Part shown: piece after piece, positions 38,204 through 51,560 of the stretch
Numbering within the stretch: position 1 is the stretch's first letter
Layout of the letters: each line of letters begins with the position of its first letter
From: Heterodontus francisci
Lineage: Eukaryota
Assembly (NCBI RefSeq): GCF_036365525.1
Contig: NC_090382.1
Coordinates: 101,986,595 to 102,050,594, forward strand
Direction: 5' to 3'
DNA: 64,000 bases
Program-made: the position numbers and the translations under genes
Notes under the pieces: model-generated
What the model saw: the letters and a program-made list of their open reading frames with translations, nothing else
Databases searched by the model: none
Told to the model about the DNA's origin: nothing

Positions 38204-38826
38204 CCCATGTAAAATGGATAGATGCCTGCTCTATGGGCCAGAACCACTTTCACACAATCCATAAAGCAAGGTCACTGCTGTTTGAGTTGAGGGCAACTTG
38301 TAGGTTTTTTCACACTTGACACTGTCTCCTCTTACATTTAATATTTTGCACAGTGTTAATACCGGTGCACTTTCTACACCTTATTTCTTTTTCTCGATTT
38401 CTACTGAAGCTTCTAAATCTCCTCAGCCAGACTAACCCAGAGTCGGTTTAATTGCTGCTGAAATACAACTTCACAGCTGACAAAATTGGAAGGGTGGAAA
38501 TCCTTTCCTTATTGTCCAGGGAGCAATCATGATGCTTTCTGACAGAAACATGGGGTAATTTGTCTTTGTGCGATAATGTAAATTGGCAGCACATTTCACA
38601 GAGATGACTCACTATTGCACATGGTTAAAGTTTCCTGTCCACTGTTCTCCAGAAAGCCTGCTGTTGAAGGATGATGCTGGAGCCCATCTTTACTCAGTCT
38701 TGCATTAATTTTATGAAGTAAAAAGATTATAAATATGCAGCTCCTCACTCAAACCTTCACCCAGTTTCAGTAAGTATCCCCTTACATACACACTCAAGTA
38801 AGACCCTAATTAACACCCTCCACATG

Positions 38827-40065
38827 GAAGAGGTCATAAAACATGGGGTCACTCCCAGGGACTGGGTCCAGTGCAGAAAGAGAGTCAACGACCTCTTTGA
38901 TTCTGTCAAGGTGAGTGCTCTGTACCTCTGTCCACTTTGGGGCTTGCATGTGGCTAAGCGGGAGGCAGTGTGGTGTGAGGAGGGAATGACCACAAAGATG
39001 CTGGCAAAGGGGCCAGGCATCACCACATCCTAGCAAATACATGGCTGCATCTCGGCGACCGGCCACTTTCTTTCACAGCTCACCCCCATTACATCCCCTG
39101 AGAGTGGACGTGGGGAGAAGCCACATGGGAAACCTCATCAGGAGACAAGGGGTTGCCACTAGCATAACTGTTCACTTTCTCTTCCAGCAAAAGCTTACTT
39201 TCTGCCTCTTTCCACTTGCAGGACAAAAACAGCCGTCAAACTTCTGGAGAGGAGCAGCAGACAGAGGATGCACTGTCTCATGACTCCCCTGCACCTTCCA
39301 CCAGTGCAGATAATTTCAGCATGGTGAGTATGAGTTTGGTCTTAGAATCAGGGTCACAAACTGGTGAGAGCACTGCACACTCACCTGAGCAACTGGATGA
39401 GGCTGGGACAGCTGAGGCCACTGACAGTCTGAGGACTCTAGGTGACCAGGCCCGTGCTAAGCCCCAGGCTGATGACAAGCCTCTGGTGTAGCCAGCACAG
39501 GGCATGCTGGACTTGCAGAGAGAGGTAAGGGAACATCTGGCAGAGCTGCCAGAGACAAAGACATCTGCCATGAGCAGATGATGGAGGATTCCATCCATGC
39601 CTTGAGTGCTCCATGTCTCAGGCCTGTGAGTTCACGGCTTTCTCCATCGAGAGGTTGGCAACCCTCATGGAGAGCCAGATTCCACCGATGTGCACAGGCC
39701 TGCACACTATCACCATGGCCATGACCGCAATGCAGCATTGGCAAGGCAAGAGAAGGACAAGGTGCCTGGAGTCTTCTCCAGGTTCTCGTCCTTCTCTGGG
39801 CAGCAGGGAGGTTCAAGTGAGCCTTAAAAGGGTGGAAAATAGGCTGACCTCCACATGTGGGGGCTTCCCTCAGGGTACTCTGAATTTGGACAGCAGCTCC
39901 TCAGCCCCTCAACCAGTGAGCCCTGCTCCAATAGCCATGATGCCTGGTGAGAATCCTATACCTGTGCAGGAAACTCTAATGCAGCTGGAGCCCTCCAGGC
40001 CTCAGGCAGCCAGAGGAGGGCCGTCAAAGTCATCCCAGGCCAAGGGGCAGCCTGATCGGCAACAC
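38827..40065 (+). mobile_element. Harbinger-type Myb/SANT gene remnant; its 3' part is also at 3845-4645
   Basis: EEV..GVTPRDWVQCRKRVNDL (trihelix/MSANTD-like) followed by donor AAG|GTGAGT, acceptor ccacttgcag|GAC and a low-complexity coiled-coil region. Confidence 0.65.
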
Positions 40066-41443
40066 ACTTCTAATGGCCTCACTAAATTCCAACCACTATT
40101 ATACGATAAAACAGAACAATTCTATTCGACATTGAGTTTATTTGTTACTAAAAACAATCAATAATAAGAGAGGACATGGTTAAATCCATGTTGCAGAAAA
40201 GAATGGCTCCAAATTTCATTGTGATTCCTGGTCTACAGGGCACATTATCAGGTTGAACTGGAGTGAACAGGAGAGAAATTGGTGCAGGATGCGGTTATGT
40301 TGTGCCTCCACCCCGTTTGTCTTGAGATGGGGTTTCCTGAGATCAGAGGGGATCAGACGGTTCCAGTGTCCACTCTTCCTGAATCTGAGATGAGAGAGAG
40401 AGAAACCAGCTCTTGGAATCTGACTTCCAATCTCATTCTGGGCTTTGCCTTATCTGTGAAGGTGGTAACTGTGGCTGTGATGGTTACAAATGCACTTAAC
40501 GTTAATGCATTAGAATATTTCCAAGTGGCCTCTGGTGACATTGGTCATATCATTTAGTCAATAATTCATCATTCACTGGACTGTATTTACACTTTGAAAT
40601 CATCATCTTCCTTTACTTGAAGAGTAACACTAAAGTAATAAAGTCCTCATTATAACCATTATTTTATTCATATTTTCACATGGCAAGTTTTCTAAAGCAG
40701 TAAATCCCATTGTCTGTGAACTTTGATAAAGTAGCAACTCACATCACAATTACTAGCAACACAATGGCTCTGTACACATTGTATTCACAATGAAGTTTAA
40801 ACACATTTGGACCAAAACCAAGATGTGATCCAATGTGAGGATCAGGAACAAACCTTCAAACCTTTTCAAATTAACATCTGCCATAACCGTAACTTTTACA
40901 ACAAAAGCACAAGACTGCAGATGCTGGAAATCTGAACTAAAAAGAGAAAATGCTGGAAATGCTCAGCAGATCAAGTAGCATCTGTGGAGAGCGAAACAGT
41001 TCAGGTCGATGACCTTTCATCAGTTTTGACAGACCCGCTGAGCCTTTCCAGCATTCTCTGCAGACATTATAAGGTGCACAGGCTCGAACAACAAAGGATT
41101 CTCAACTATCCCTAATTTTACAAAAACAATTATTCACGTTTGAAATAAAAACAAGAAATGCTGGAAATACTCAGCAGGTCTGGCAGCATCGGTGGAGAGA
41201 GAAGCAGAGTTAACGTTTCAGGTCAGTGACCCTTCATCAGACTCATCATATTGACATTTGACTACTGTTATACATTTGAAACCGTTCTGTACCACATACA
41301 ATCTGTTGACTTTTGAATGATTCAATGTTAAATGCAATGGAATACAAAATGGCTCCACAGAGTGAATGAGACACTTTGAAATATGACATCCAGCTGTGTG
41401 ATGGCAGGTTGTTAGCAAGAGTAGATTCATAGACAGATAGAGG

Positions 41444-41444
<1 letters not shown>

Positions 41445-41523
<79 letters not shown>
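41445..41523 (+). repeat. (GATA)n microsatellite, much longer than its paralog at 6288-6308
   Basis: Direct reading. Confidence 0.95.
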
Positions 41524-41524
<1 letters not shown>

Positions 41525-41743
41525 AAGGAGTTGCAGAGCAATGAGAAATATGCTCACAGTTTTCATTTTTTTAAGTTGTACCATTATCGGAATATACAAA
41601 GTGAAAAACACATTGTCTTTAACGGAGCAGGGACTTGAAAATAAAAGCCTTTGTTCCTTTTGGAATTGAAGCTGCATGAATTCATTAAACCCTGTGATAT
41701 AGTAAAACAATATGACTGTGATTGGTGGAAATAAGACACTTAC

Positions 41744-41804
41744 TTTGTGTGAAAACAGACGGAATTAGAAACACCAAGAAAATGAACATCAAATCAGTTG
41801 GCAT
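41744..41804 (-). CDS. Ig-superfamily receptor, copy B: signal-peptide exon, identical to copy A
   Basis: Same sequence and splice sites as 6528-6588, offset 35216. Confidence 0.75.
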
Positions 41805-43294
41805 TTTGCTGCAGATTCAGTCTTTTCCCTGTAAGAAATATACATATAGTTATAGATATATATCATGTATCTTTATATCTAATATTTACCACCAGAAAAT
41901 CACCTGACATAAAACTGAGGCATATTTCTTCAATGTGTTTAACACTACAGACTGTGAAGGAAAAGAAATAAGCTAAAACAACTTGATAAATTATTTCCTT
42001 ATTCAAACATAGAACTGTAAAATGTACAATAAACATCTTTTGTAAAGTGCTCCGCCTCTTCCTGTGATAAATGTATTTAAAATTACTCATCCTAGATTAT
42101 GATGGACCATGTATAATGTACCCCTTATCCACCAGTCACATTGACTTTCCAACTGAAAATGAATGAATTGAATTAGGTAGAAAACGAGGAATTTAATTAC
42201 CTGTTATAGGAAGAGTGGACAAAATGTAAACTTACGAAAGATCTCTTCACTCAAATTTTCACTTACACCTAGGTAAATAAAACTAATCAGAAAACTTAGG
42301 AATTTAAATAACTGAGTATGAATTAACAGCAATCAATATTTTGTCCTCAACTGCTGCTACACATATTGAGAATATTGTTACAATAATATGCTTTCAAAGG
42401 CATTATCAATGCAGAATCACCTATGATCAACATCATGGGGGAGACACTATTGACCAGAAACTCAACTGTACCAGGAATATAAATGTCGTTGCTGGTGAAG
42501 AACCTCAGAGGCCGGGTGCACTGTGGCAAGTGCCTCCCCAATATCTCTCCACCAATGTCAGACGTCTGATGGAATAATATCTTGGTGTAAGGATGGTTGC
42601 ATTTGCAACAACACTCAAGAACAACATCTCTCATCAGTTCTTGTAGGTTTGCTGTATGCTCTGATATGTGAGATGTGAAAGAACACATGTACTGGCCAAG
42701 AACATTTCTCAGCTCCTTCTTGTCGTCGGAAGCTCCATTGCAGAAATAGCTATGACTTTTTCAGGACTCGGCTTGACTCTATCAGGTGTGTAAACCATTC
42801 CAAAGAACTGACATTCTGTCATCTTTACAGTGCATTTATTTGCGATTAGCTTGATCCCAGCTTTCTTAGTTTCCGCCATGGTTTCATGTAGATGGTAGTT
42901 ATGGTCTTTTTTATCGACATCATAGATCTGGATATCATCAGCTATGCTGATTGCTCCTTTGCAGCCCTATATATCTTGTCTATTTTCTGCTGGAACACCT
43001 CCTGGCTCACTTCAAGGCCAAGAAGTAGACACAGGAATTTGTACGTCCAAAGGGTGTGTTGAATGTTGTCAACAGTGAATATTCCTCATCAAGCTTCACG
43101 TTCCACTAGCTATTTCTGGCGTCTACCTTTCTTTTCTTTCACATTTCCCCTGTTGCTCTGCCTCTGGTAATTCCCTTACCATCTTCATTGTTCTGCACAT
43201 CTTTTCTGGTGATTGGGCTTGCCACAAGCTCTGCACTTTGATTTGTATGCAGTACATTTCTTTCTGTCTGTGAGCTCATGTAGTCATCCACTTC

Positions 43295-43632
43295 TCATAG
43301 AGAGATACTGCACCGAAACAGGCCCTTCAGCCCACCGATTCAACGCTGACCATCAACCACCCATTTATACTAATCCTACATTAATCCCATTTTTCCCTCT
43401 CACATCCCCACCTTCCTCAATTCTCCTAACACAGGGGCAATTTTTTACAATGGCCAATTTACCTATCAACCCGCAAGTCTTTGGCATGTGGGAGGAAACC
43501 AGAGCACACGGAGGAAACCCACGCGGTCACAGGGAGAACTTGCAAATGCCACACAGGCAGTACCCAGAACCAAACCCGGGTTTGTTGGAGCTGTGAGGCT
43601 GCGGTGCTAACCAGTGCACCACTGTGCCGCCC
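43295..43632 (-). mobile_element. HE1-like SINE; its copy-A paralog is split by CR1 #1 into 8085-8197 and 12612-12850
   Basis: Reverse-complement match to the 2283 SINE. Confidence 0.85.
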
Positions 43633-43679
43633 TTCTCTTACACATCTTTCTCTCTCTCTGGTCTGCATTCTTTTTTTTT

Positions 43680-46600
43680 AGAACATTACAGTGTCTCTAT
43701 TAAGTCACCTCTCCTCCTCCTTCTCTCCAACGAAAACAACCTCAAGTCCCTCAGCCTTTCCTCGTAAGACCTTCCCTCCATACCAGGCAACATCCTAGTA
43801 AATCTCCTCTGCACCCTTTCCAAAGCTTCCACATCCTTCCTATAATGCGGTGACCAGAACTGCACGCAATACTCCAGGTGCGGCCTCACCAGAGTTTTGT
43901 ACAGCTGCAGCATGACCTCGTGGCTCCGAAACTCGATCCCCCTATAATAAAAGCTAACACACCATATGCCTTCTTAACAGCCCTATTAACCTGGGTAGCA
44001 ACTTTCAGGGATTTATGTACCTGGACACCAAGATCTCTCTGTTAATCTACACTACCAAGAATCTTCCCATTAGCCCAGTACTCTGCATTCCTGTTACTCC
44101 TTCCGAAGTGAATCACCTCACACTTTTCCGCATTAAACTCCATTTGCCATCTCTCAGCCCAGCCATGCAGCCTATCTATGTCCCTCTGTACCCTACAACA
44201 TCCTTCGGCACTATCCACAACTCCACCGACCTTCGTGTCATCCGCAAATTTACTAACCCACCCTTCTACACCCTCATCCAGGTCATTTATAAAAATGACA
44301 AACAGCAGTGGCCCCAAAACAGATCCTTGCGGTACACCACTAGTAACTAAACTCCAGGATGAACATTTGCCATCAACCACCACCCTCTGTCTTCTTTCAG
44401 CTAGCCAATTTCTGATCCAAAGCTCTAAATCACCTTCAACCCCATACTTCCATATTTTCTGCAATAGCCTACCATGGGGAACCTTATCAAACGCCTTACT
44501 GAAATCCATATACACCACATTCACTGCTTTACCCTCATCCACCTGTTTGGTCACCTTCTCGAAAAACTCAATAAGGTTTGTGAGGCACGACCTACCCTTC
44601 ACAAAACCGTGCTGACTATCTCTAATGAACTTACTCTTCTCAAGATGATTATAAATCCTGTCTCTTATAACCTTTTCCAACATTTTACCCACAACCGAAG
44701 TAAGGCTCACAGGTCTATAATTACCAGGGCTGTCTCTACTCCCCTTCTTGAACAAGGGGACAACATTTGCTATCCTCCAGTCTTCCGGCACTATTCCTGT
44801 CGACAATGACGACATAAAGATCAAGGACAAAGGCTCTGCAATCTCCTCCCTGGCTTCCCAGAGAATCCTAGGATAAATCCCATCTGGCCCAGGGGACTTA
44901 TCTATTTTCACACTTTCCAAAATTGCTAACACCTCCTCCTTGTGAACCTCAATCCCATCTAGCCTAGTAGTCTGAATCTCAGTATTCTTCTCGACAACAT
45001 TTTCTTTCTCTACTGTAAATACTGACGAAAAATATTCATTTAACGCTTCCCCTATCTCCTCTGATTCCACACACAACTTCCCACTACTATCCTTGATTGG
45101 CCCTAATCTAACTCTAGTCATTCTTTTTTTCCTGATATACCTATAGAAAGCCTTAGGGTTTTCCTCGATCCTATCCGCCAATGACTTCTCGTGTCCTCTC
45201 CTTGCTCTTCTTAGCTCCCCCTTTAGATCCTTCCTGGCTAGCTTGTAACTCTCAAGCGCCCTAACTGAGCCTTCACGTCTCATCCTAACATAAGCCTTCT
45301 TCTTCCTTTTGACAAGTGCTTCAACTTCTTTAGTAAACCACGGCTCCCTCGCTCGACAACTTCCTCCCTGCCTGACAGGTACATACTTATCAAGGACACG
45401 CAGTAGCTGCTCCTTGAATAAGCTCCACATTTCGATTGTGCCCATCCCCTGCAGTTTCCTTCCCCATCCTACGCATCCTAAATCTTGCCTAATCGCATCA
45501 TAATTTCCTTTCCCCCAGCTATAATTCTTGCCCTGCAGTATATACCTGTCCCTGCCCATCGCTAAGGTAAACCTAACCGAATTGTGATCACTATCACCAA
45601 AGTGCTCACCTACATCTAAATCTAACACCTGACCGGGTTCATTACCCAGTACCAAATCCAATGTGGCATCGCCCCTGGTTGGCCTGTCTACATATTGTGT
45701 CAGAAAACCTCCTGCACACACTGGACAAAAACTGACCCATCTAAAGTACTCGAACTATAGTATTTCCAGTCAATATTTGGAAAGTTAAAGTCCCCCATAA
45801 CCACTACCCTGTTACTCTCGCTCCTGTCGAGAATCATCTTCGCTATCCTTTCCTCTACATCTCTGGCACTACTCGGAGGTCTATAGAAAACTCCCAACAG
45901 GGTGACCTCTCCTCTCCTGTTTCGAACCTCGGCCCATACTACCTCAGTAGACGAGTCCTCAAACATCCTTTCTGCCGCTGTAATACTCTCCTTGATTAAC
46001 AATGCCACACCCCCCCCTCTTTTACCATCTTCTCTGTTCTTACTGAAACATCTAAATCCCGGAACCTGCAACATCCATTCCTGCCCCTGCTCTACCCATG
46101 TCTCTGAAATGGCCACAACATCGAGATCCCAGGTACCAACCCATGCTGCAAGCTCACCCACCTTATTCCGGATGCTCCTGGCGTTGAAGTAGACACTCTT
46201 TAAACCAAGTTCTTGCTTGCCAGTGCCCTCTTGCGTCCTCGTAACCTTATCCCTGACCTCACTACTCTCAACATCCTGTACACTGGAACTACAATTTAGG
46301 TTCCCATTCCCCTGCTGAATTAGTTTAAACCCCCCCGAAGAGCACTAGCAAATCTCCCCCCCAGGATATTGGTACCCCTCTGGTTCAGGTGAAGACCATC
46401 CTGTTTGTAGAGGTCCCACCTACCCCAGAAAGAGCCCCAATTATCCAGGAAACCAAAACCCTCCCTGCTACACCATCCCTGCAGCCACGTGTTCAACTCC
46501 TCTCTCTCCCTATTCCTCGCTTCGCTAGCACGTGGCACGGGCAACAACCCAGAGATAACAACTCTGTTTGTTCTCGCTCTAAGCTTCCACCCTAGCTCCC

Positions 46601-47590
46601 TGAATTTCTGCCTTAAATCCCCATCTCTCTTCCTACCTATGTCGTTGGTGCCTATGTGGACCACGACTTGGGGCTGCTCCCCCTCCCCCTTAAGGATCCC
46701 AAAAACACGATTCGAGACATCACGAACCCTGGCACCTGGGAGGCAACACACCAACCGTGAGTCTCTCTCGTTCCCACAGAACCTCCTATCTGTTCCCCTA
46801 ACTATGGAGTCCCCAATGACTAATGCTCTGCTCCTCTTCCCCCTTCCTTTCTGAGCAACAGGGACAGACTTTGTGCCAGAGACCTGTACCCCATTGCTTA
46901 CCCCTGGTAAGTCGTCCCCCGCAACTGTATCCAAAACGGTATACCTGTTGTTGAGGGAAACGGCCACAGGGGACCCCTGCACTGCCTGCTGGTTCCCTCT
47001 CCTTCCCCTGACGGTAACCCATCTCCCTACTTCTTTTACCTGAGGTGTGACTACCTCCCCATAACTCCTCTCAATAACCCCCTCCGCCTCCCGAATGATC
47101 CGAAGTTCATCCAGCTCCAGCTCCAGTTCCCTAATGCGGTTCTCGAGAAGCTGGAGTTGGGTGCACGTCCCGCAGATGCAGTTAGCAGGGACACTCTTGG
47201 CGACCCTTACCTCCCACATTCTGCAGGAGGAACATACAACTGCCTTAACCTCCATTCCCACTGTTCTAAATTCCCAACAAATCTACTGAAAAACCAAAAA
47301 AAAAGTCAAAACTTGTTAGCTTAGCAATCCGACGGACAGAACTTTTTAAATAAAAAACTTACCTTATCAACACACCAGAGTCCTTTTTTTTTCGTTGGAG
47401 GAGGAGGGTGGGTGGGAGACACTACACGTGTAGTGTCTCGAGTACAGCCACCGCCCAAATATATAGTTTTTACTTCCCCAGCGGTCCCCTGGTCCTCCGA
47501 AAACAAAAGGGAATTAACTTTAACTTACACTGAAACTGACCTCCCAGCTGCAAGTTCGCTCCGCACCTCCGCTTCTGTCAAAGCTGCTGC
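43680..47590 (-). mobile_element. CR1 LINE #3, same subfamily as #2, with a ~310-bp deletion near the 3' end
   Basis: ORF1 46320-47261 is intact. ORF2 is in pieces 45700-46161, 44042-45721 and 43686-43913. The tail joins directly to the RT C-terminal region. Present only in copy B. Confidence 0.95.
46320..47261 (-). CDS. CR1 ORF1p (Zn finger, coiled coil, SGNH esterase)
   Basis: 313-aa open frame, highly similar to 23655-24596. Confidence 0.9.
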   Translation of the reverse strand: MGMEVKAVVCSSCRMWEVRVAKSVPANCICGTCTQLQLLENRIRELELELDELRIIREAEGVIERSYGEVVTPQVKEVGRWVTVRGRRGNQQAVQGSPVAVSLNNRYTVLDTVAGDDLPGVSNGVQVSGTKSVPVAQKGRGKRSRALVIGDSIVRGTDRRFCGNERDSRLVCCLPGARVRDVSNRVFGILKGEGEQPQVVVHIGTNDIGRKRDGDLRQKFRELGWKLRARTNRVVISGLLPVPRASEARNREREELNTWLQGWCSREGFGFLDNWGSFWGRWDLYKQDGLHLNQRGTNILGGRFASALRGGLN

Positions 47591-48674
47591 ACTGCACTGC
47601 AAAAAACCCTGCTTCCTTTCCCTTGACTTAACTGAAGGCTTGGTGTTTGGGTCATCAACCTTTTCATCTGTCTATTTGTGGCTTCATGTGTTCTGGCCTG
47701 AGATATTGTAAGCTTGTCCCTTCCGATTAGATCTCTTTGCACATCGGGATGTGCCGAGCCCCAAATGAGCTGAACTACCAGCCTTTCATCTTTGAATTTG
47801 CACTTGCTGACTACATTTCTAAATCTTCTTGGGAAATTGTCAACAGGCTCACTCGATCCCAGTCTCACCGTCTGAAATTCATAACGGTGGATCTGATGTT
47901 TGTCTTTTGCTGAAGATGTGTGCTGAATTTCTCACAAATTTCATCTGAGTTTTTACTGTTGATCTCACTCATTTGCCTGCTATTGAGAAGATCTAATCCT
48001 TTCTCTCCTGTATGTCCACAAAATGATGTAACTGACCTTTTCATCTTCACAATTTCATTTCATTTCAGAAAACGACTGAATGTCAATTTGCACTTTTACT
48101 TAAACTTTTCGAATGCCTCCACAATGTTGTTGGAATTCCAAATCATCATGGGCAGAACTGCACAAGCATTGCTGTGGTGAGCATCTCATTTATTTTGGGG
48201 GGGGAGGGAATAATTCAGGTTGTTTTTCACAATCAAATTCAGTAGTACCATTGCTCATATGGATTGAGTTCTGCTCACAAATACCTTGCTGCCACCACAT
48301 TATGTCTTGCGGTTCCCAGAGCTCCAAAATAATCACACTTCTCAACACATGTACTGGAGCTTGCACCTCTTACACTTTACACAGCTCTGTATGTGTGGCA
48401 GAATGATACAATGTGTTTTGGTACTGTCAAGCTTACAAGAACTGCAACAACGAAAAAATACAGTATCAAACTTGAGGTCTAATAATGTGACTCTACCTTT
48501 TTAAAAAGTGAACAATATGTTCCAAAATGGCCATGAGAAGTTAAAGACAAGGCCTTTGTATATTCAAACTGTCTGACAGAGATAAAGGAATACCTTTTGA
48601 GCTGGGAGGAGTCAATTACACCCATCCTGAAGCATTCCTGAATTGAATGGGTTCTTCGGAAACAAAGAAGTTGT

Positions 48675-49541
48675 GAAGACTCCTCAGATACTGAAGCAGT
48701 CCATGTAGAAATGCAGCAAGACCTGGACAATATCCAGGCTTGGGCTGATAAGTGGCGAGTAACATTCACGCCATTCAAATGCCAGGCAATGACCATCTCC
48801 AACAAGAGAGAATCTAACCATCTCCCCTTGACATTCAATGGCATTACCATCGCTGAATCCCCCACTATCAACATCCTAGGAGCTACCATTGACCAGAAAC
48901 TGAACTGGAGTAGCCATATAAATACCGTGGCTACAAGAGCAGGTCAGAGGCTAGGAATCCTGCGGCAAGTAACTCACCTCCTGACTCCCCAAAGCCTGTC
49001 CACCATCTACAAGGCACAAGTCAGGAATGTGATGGAATACTCTCCACTTGCCTGGATGGGTGCAGCTCCAACAACACTCAAGAAGCTCGACACCATCCAG
49101 GACAAAGCAGCCCGCTTGATTGGCACCCCATCTACAAACATTCACTCCCTTCACCACCAACACACAATGGCAGCAGTGTGTACCATCTACAAGATGCACT
49201 GCAGCAATGCACCAAGGCTCCTCAGACAGCACCTTCCAAACCCACGACCTCTACCAACTGGAAGGACAAGTGCAGCAAATACATGGGAACACCACCACCT
49301 GCAAGTTCCCCTCCAAGACACACACCATCCTGACCTGGAACTATAGCGCCGTTCCTTCACTGTCGCTGGGTCAAAATCCTGAAACTCCCTTCCTAACAGC
49401 ACTGTGGGTATACCTACCTCAAATGGACTGCAGCGGTTCAAGAAGGCAGCTCACCACCACCTTCTCAAGGGCAATTAGGGATGGGCAATAAATGCTGGTG
49501 TGGCCAGTGACGCCCACATCCCATGAAGGAATTTTTAAAAA
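48675..49541 (+). mobile_element. 5'-truncated family-B LINE (copy B only, opposite orientation)
   Basis: ORF 48711-49346 (QQDLDNIQAWAD...) and 3' UTR. Confidence 0.85.
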
Positions 49542-49764
49542 AGAGGACATGAGTAGGCTACAAAGGGATATAGGTAGACTAAGGAGTATAATGTGGGAAA
49601 ATGTGAATTTGTCCATTTTAGCAGGAAGAATAAAAAAGAAGCATATTATCTAAATTGTGAGAGATTGCAGAGTTCTGAAATGCAGAGGGATCTGGGTGCC
49701 CTAGCGCACGAGTCACAAAAGGTTAGCATGTAGGTACAGCAAGTAATTAGGAAAGTTGATAGAA

Positions 49765-51560
49765 TTTTTTTTTAATTCATTCATGGGATGTGGGCATTAT
49801 TGGCTAGGCCAGCATTTATTGCCCATCCCTAATTACCCTTGAGAAGGTGGTGGTGAGCTGCCTTCTTGAACCGCTGCAGTCCATGTGAGGTAGGTACACC
49901 CAGAGTGCTATTAGGAAATGAGTTCCAGGATCTTGACCCAGCGACAGTGAAGGAACGGCGACATAGTTCCAAGTCAGGATGGTGTGTGACTTGGAGGGGA
50001 ACTTGCTGGTGGTGGTGTTCCCATGCATTTGCTGTCCTTGTCCTTCTAGTTGCAAGAGGTGGCGGGTTTGGAAGGTGATGTCAAAGGAGCCTTGGTGCAT
50101 TGCATCTTGTACGTGGTACACAGTGCTTCCACTGTGCGTCGGTGGTGGAGGGAGTGAATGTTTGTAGATGGGTTGCCAATCAAGCGGGCTGCTTGCTCCT
50201 GGATGGTCGAGCTTCTTGAGTGTTGTTGGAGCTGCACCCATCCAGGCAAGTGGAGATTTTTCCATCACACTCCTGACATGGGCCTTGAAGATGGTGGACA
50301 GGCTTTGGGGAGTCAGGAGGTGAGTTATTCGCCGCAGGATTCCAAGCCTCTGACATGCTCTTGTAACCACAGTATTTGTATTGCTACTCTAGTTCAGATT
50401 CTGGTCAATGGTAACCCCCCAGGATGTTGATAGTGGGGGAGCCAGCTATCACAATGCCATTGAATGTCAGGGGAGATGGTTCGATTCTCTCTTGCTGGAA
50501 ATGGTCATTGCCTGGCACCTGTGCAGCATGAATGTTACTTGCCACCTATCAGCCCAAGCTTCGATATTGTCTCGGTCTTGTTAACTTTCTACACAGACTC
50601 CTTCAGTATCTGAGGAGTCGCAAATGGTGCTGAACATTGTATAATCATCAGCAAACATCCCTACTTCTGACCTTATGTTTAAGACAGGTCATTGATGAAG
50701 CAGCTGAAGATGATTGGGCCTAGGACACTACTCTGAGAAACTCCTGAAGTGATGTTCTGGAGCTGTGAACAACCGCAACCAACCACCAACAACCACCACT
50801 ATCTTCCTTTGAGCTAGTAATGACTCCAATCAGTGGAGAGTTTTCTTCCCGATTCCCATTGACTTCAGTTTTGCTACGGCTTGATGCCATACTCGGTCAA
50901 ATACTGCATTGTTGTCAAGGGCAGTCACTCTCACTCTCACCTCACCTCTTGAGTTCGGCTCTTTTGTCCATGTTTGAACCAAGGCTGGAATGAGGTCAGT
51001 GCTGAGTGGCCCTGGCGGAACCCAAATTGAGCGTCAGCATTACTGTTAAGCAAGTGCCGCTTGACCTGTTGCTTGACTAATCTGTGGGATAGCTGTCACA
51101 ACTTTGGCACAAGCCCCCAGATGTTAGTAAGGAGGACTTCACAGGGTGACAGGGCTGGGTTTGCCCTTGTCGTTTCCGGTGCCTTGGTCGATGCTGTGAG
51201 GTTCGTCTGGTTTCATTTTGTTTTATTGACTTTGTAGCAGTTAGGTACATCTGAGTGGCTTGCTAGGCATTTTCAGAGGGCATTTAAGAGTCAACCACAT
51301 TGCTGTGGGTCTGGAGTCACATGTAGGCCAGACCAGCAGATTTCCTTCCCTGAAGAACATTAGTGAACCAGATGGGTTTTTACAACAATCAACAATGGAT
51401 TCATGGCCATCATTAGACTATTTTTTAATTCCAGATTTATTAATTGAATTCAAATTCCACCTTCTGCTGTGGTGAGATAAGAACCCATGTCCCCAGAGAA
51501 ATACCCTGTGTCTCTGGGTTTCTAGTCCAGTAGCAATACCACTACGCCCCTGTTTCCCCT
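49765..51560 (-). mobile_element. Family-B LINE, paralog of 14716-16483
   Basis: Same insertion site and same internal deletion in copy B. Confidence 0.9.

Noticed and set aside
41218-41710. ORFs with LSIY repeats (also 6062-6494)
   Set aside because: Translation of the (GATA)n microsatellite within an intron.
43685-43700. 3' deletion of CR1 #3 as a spliced-out intron
   Set aside because: The deleted segment, judged from CR1 #2, does not have GT-AG ends.
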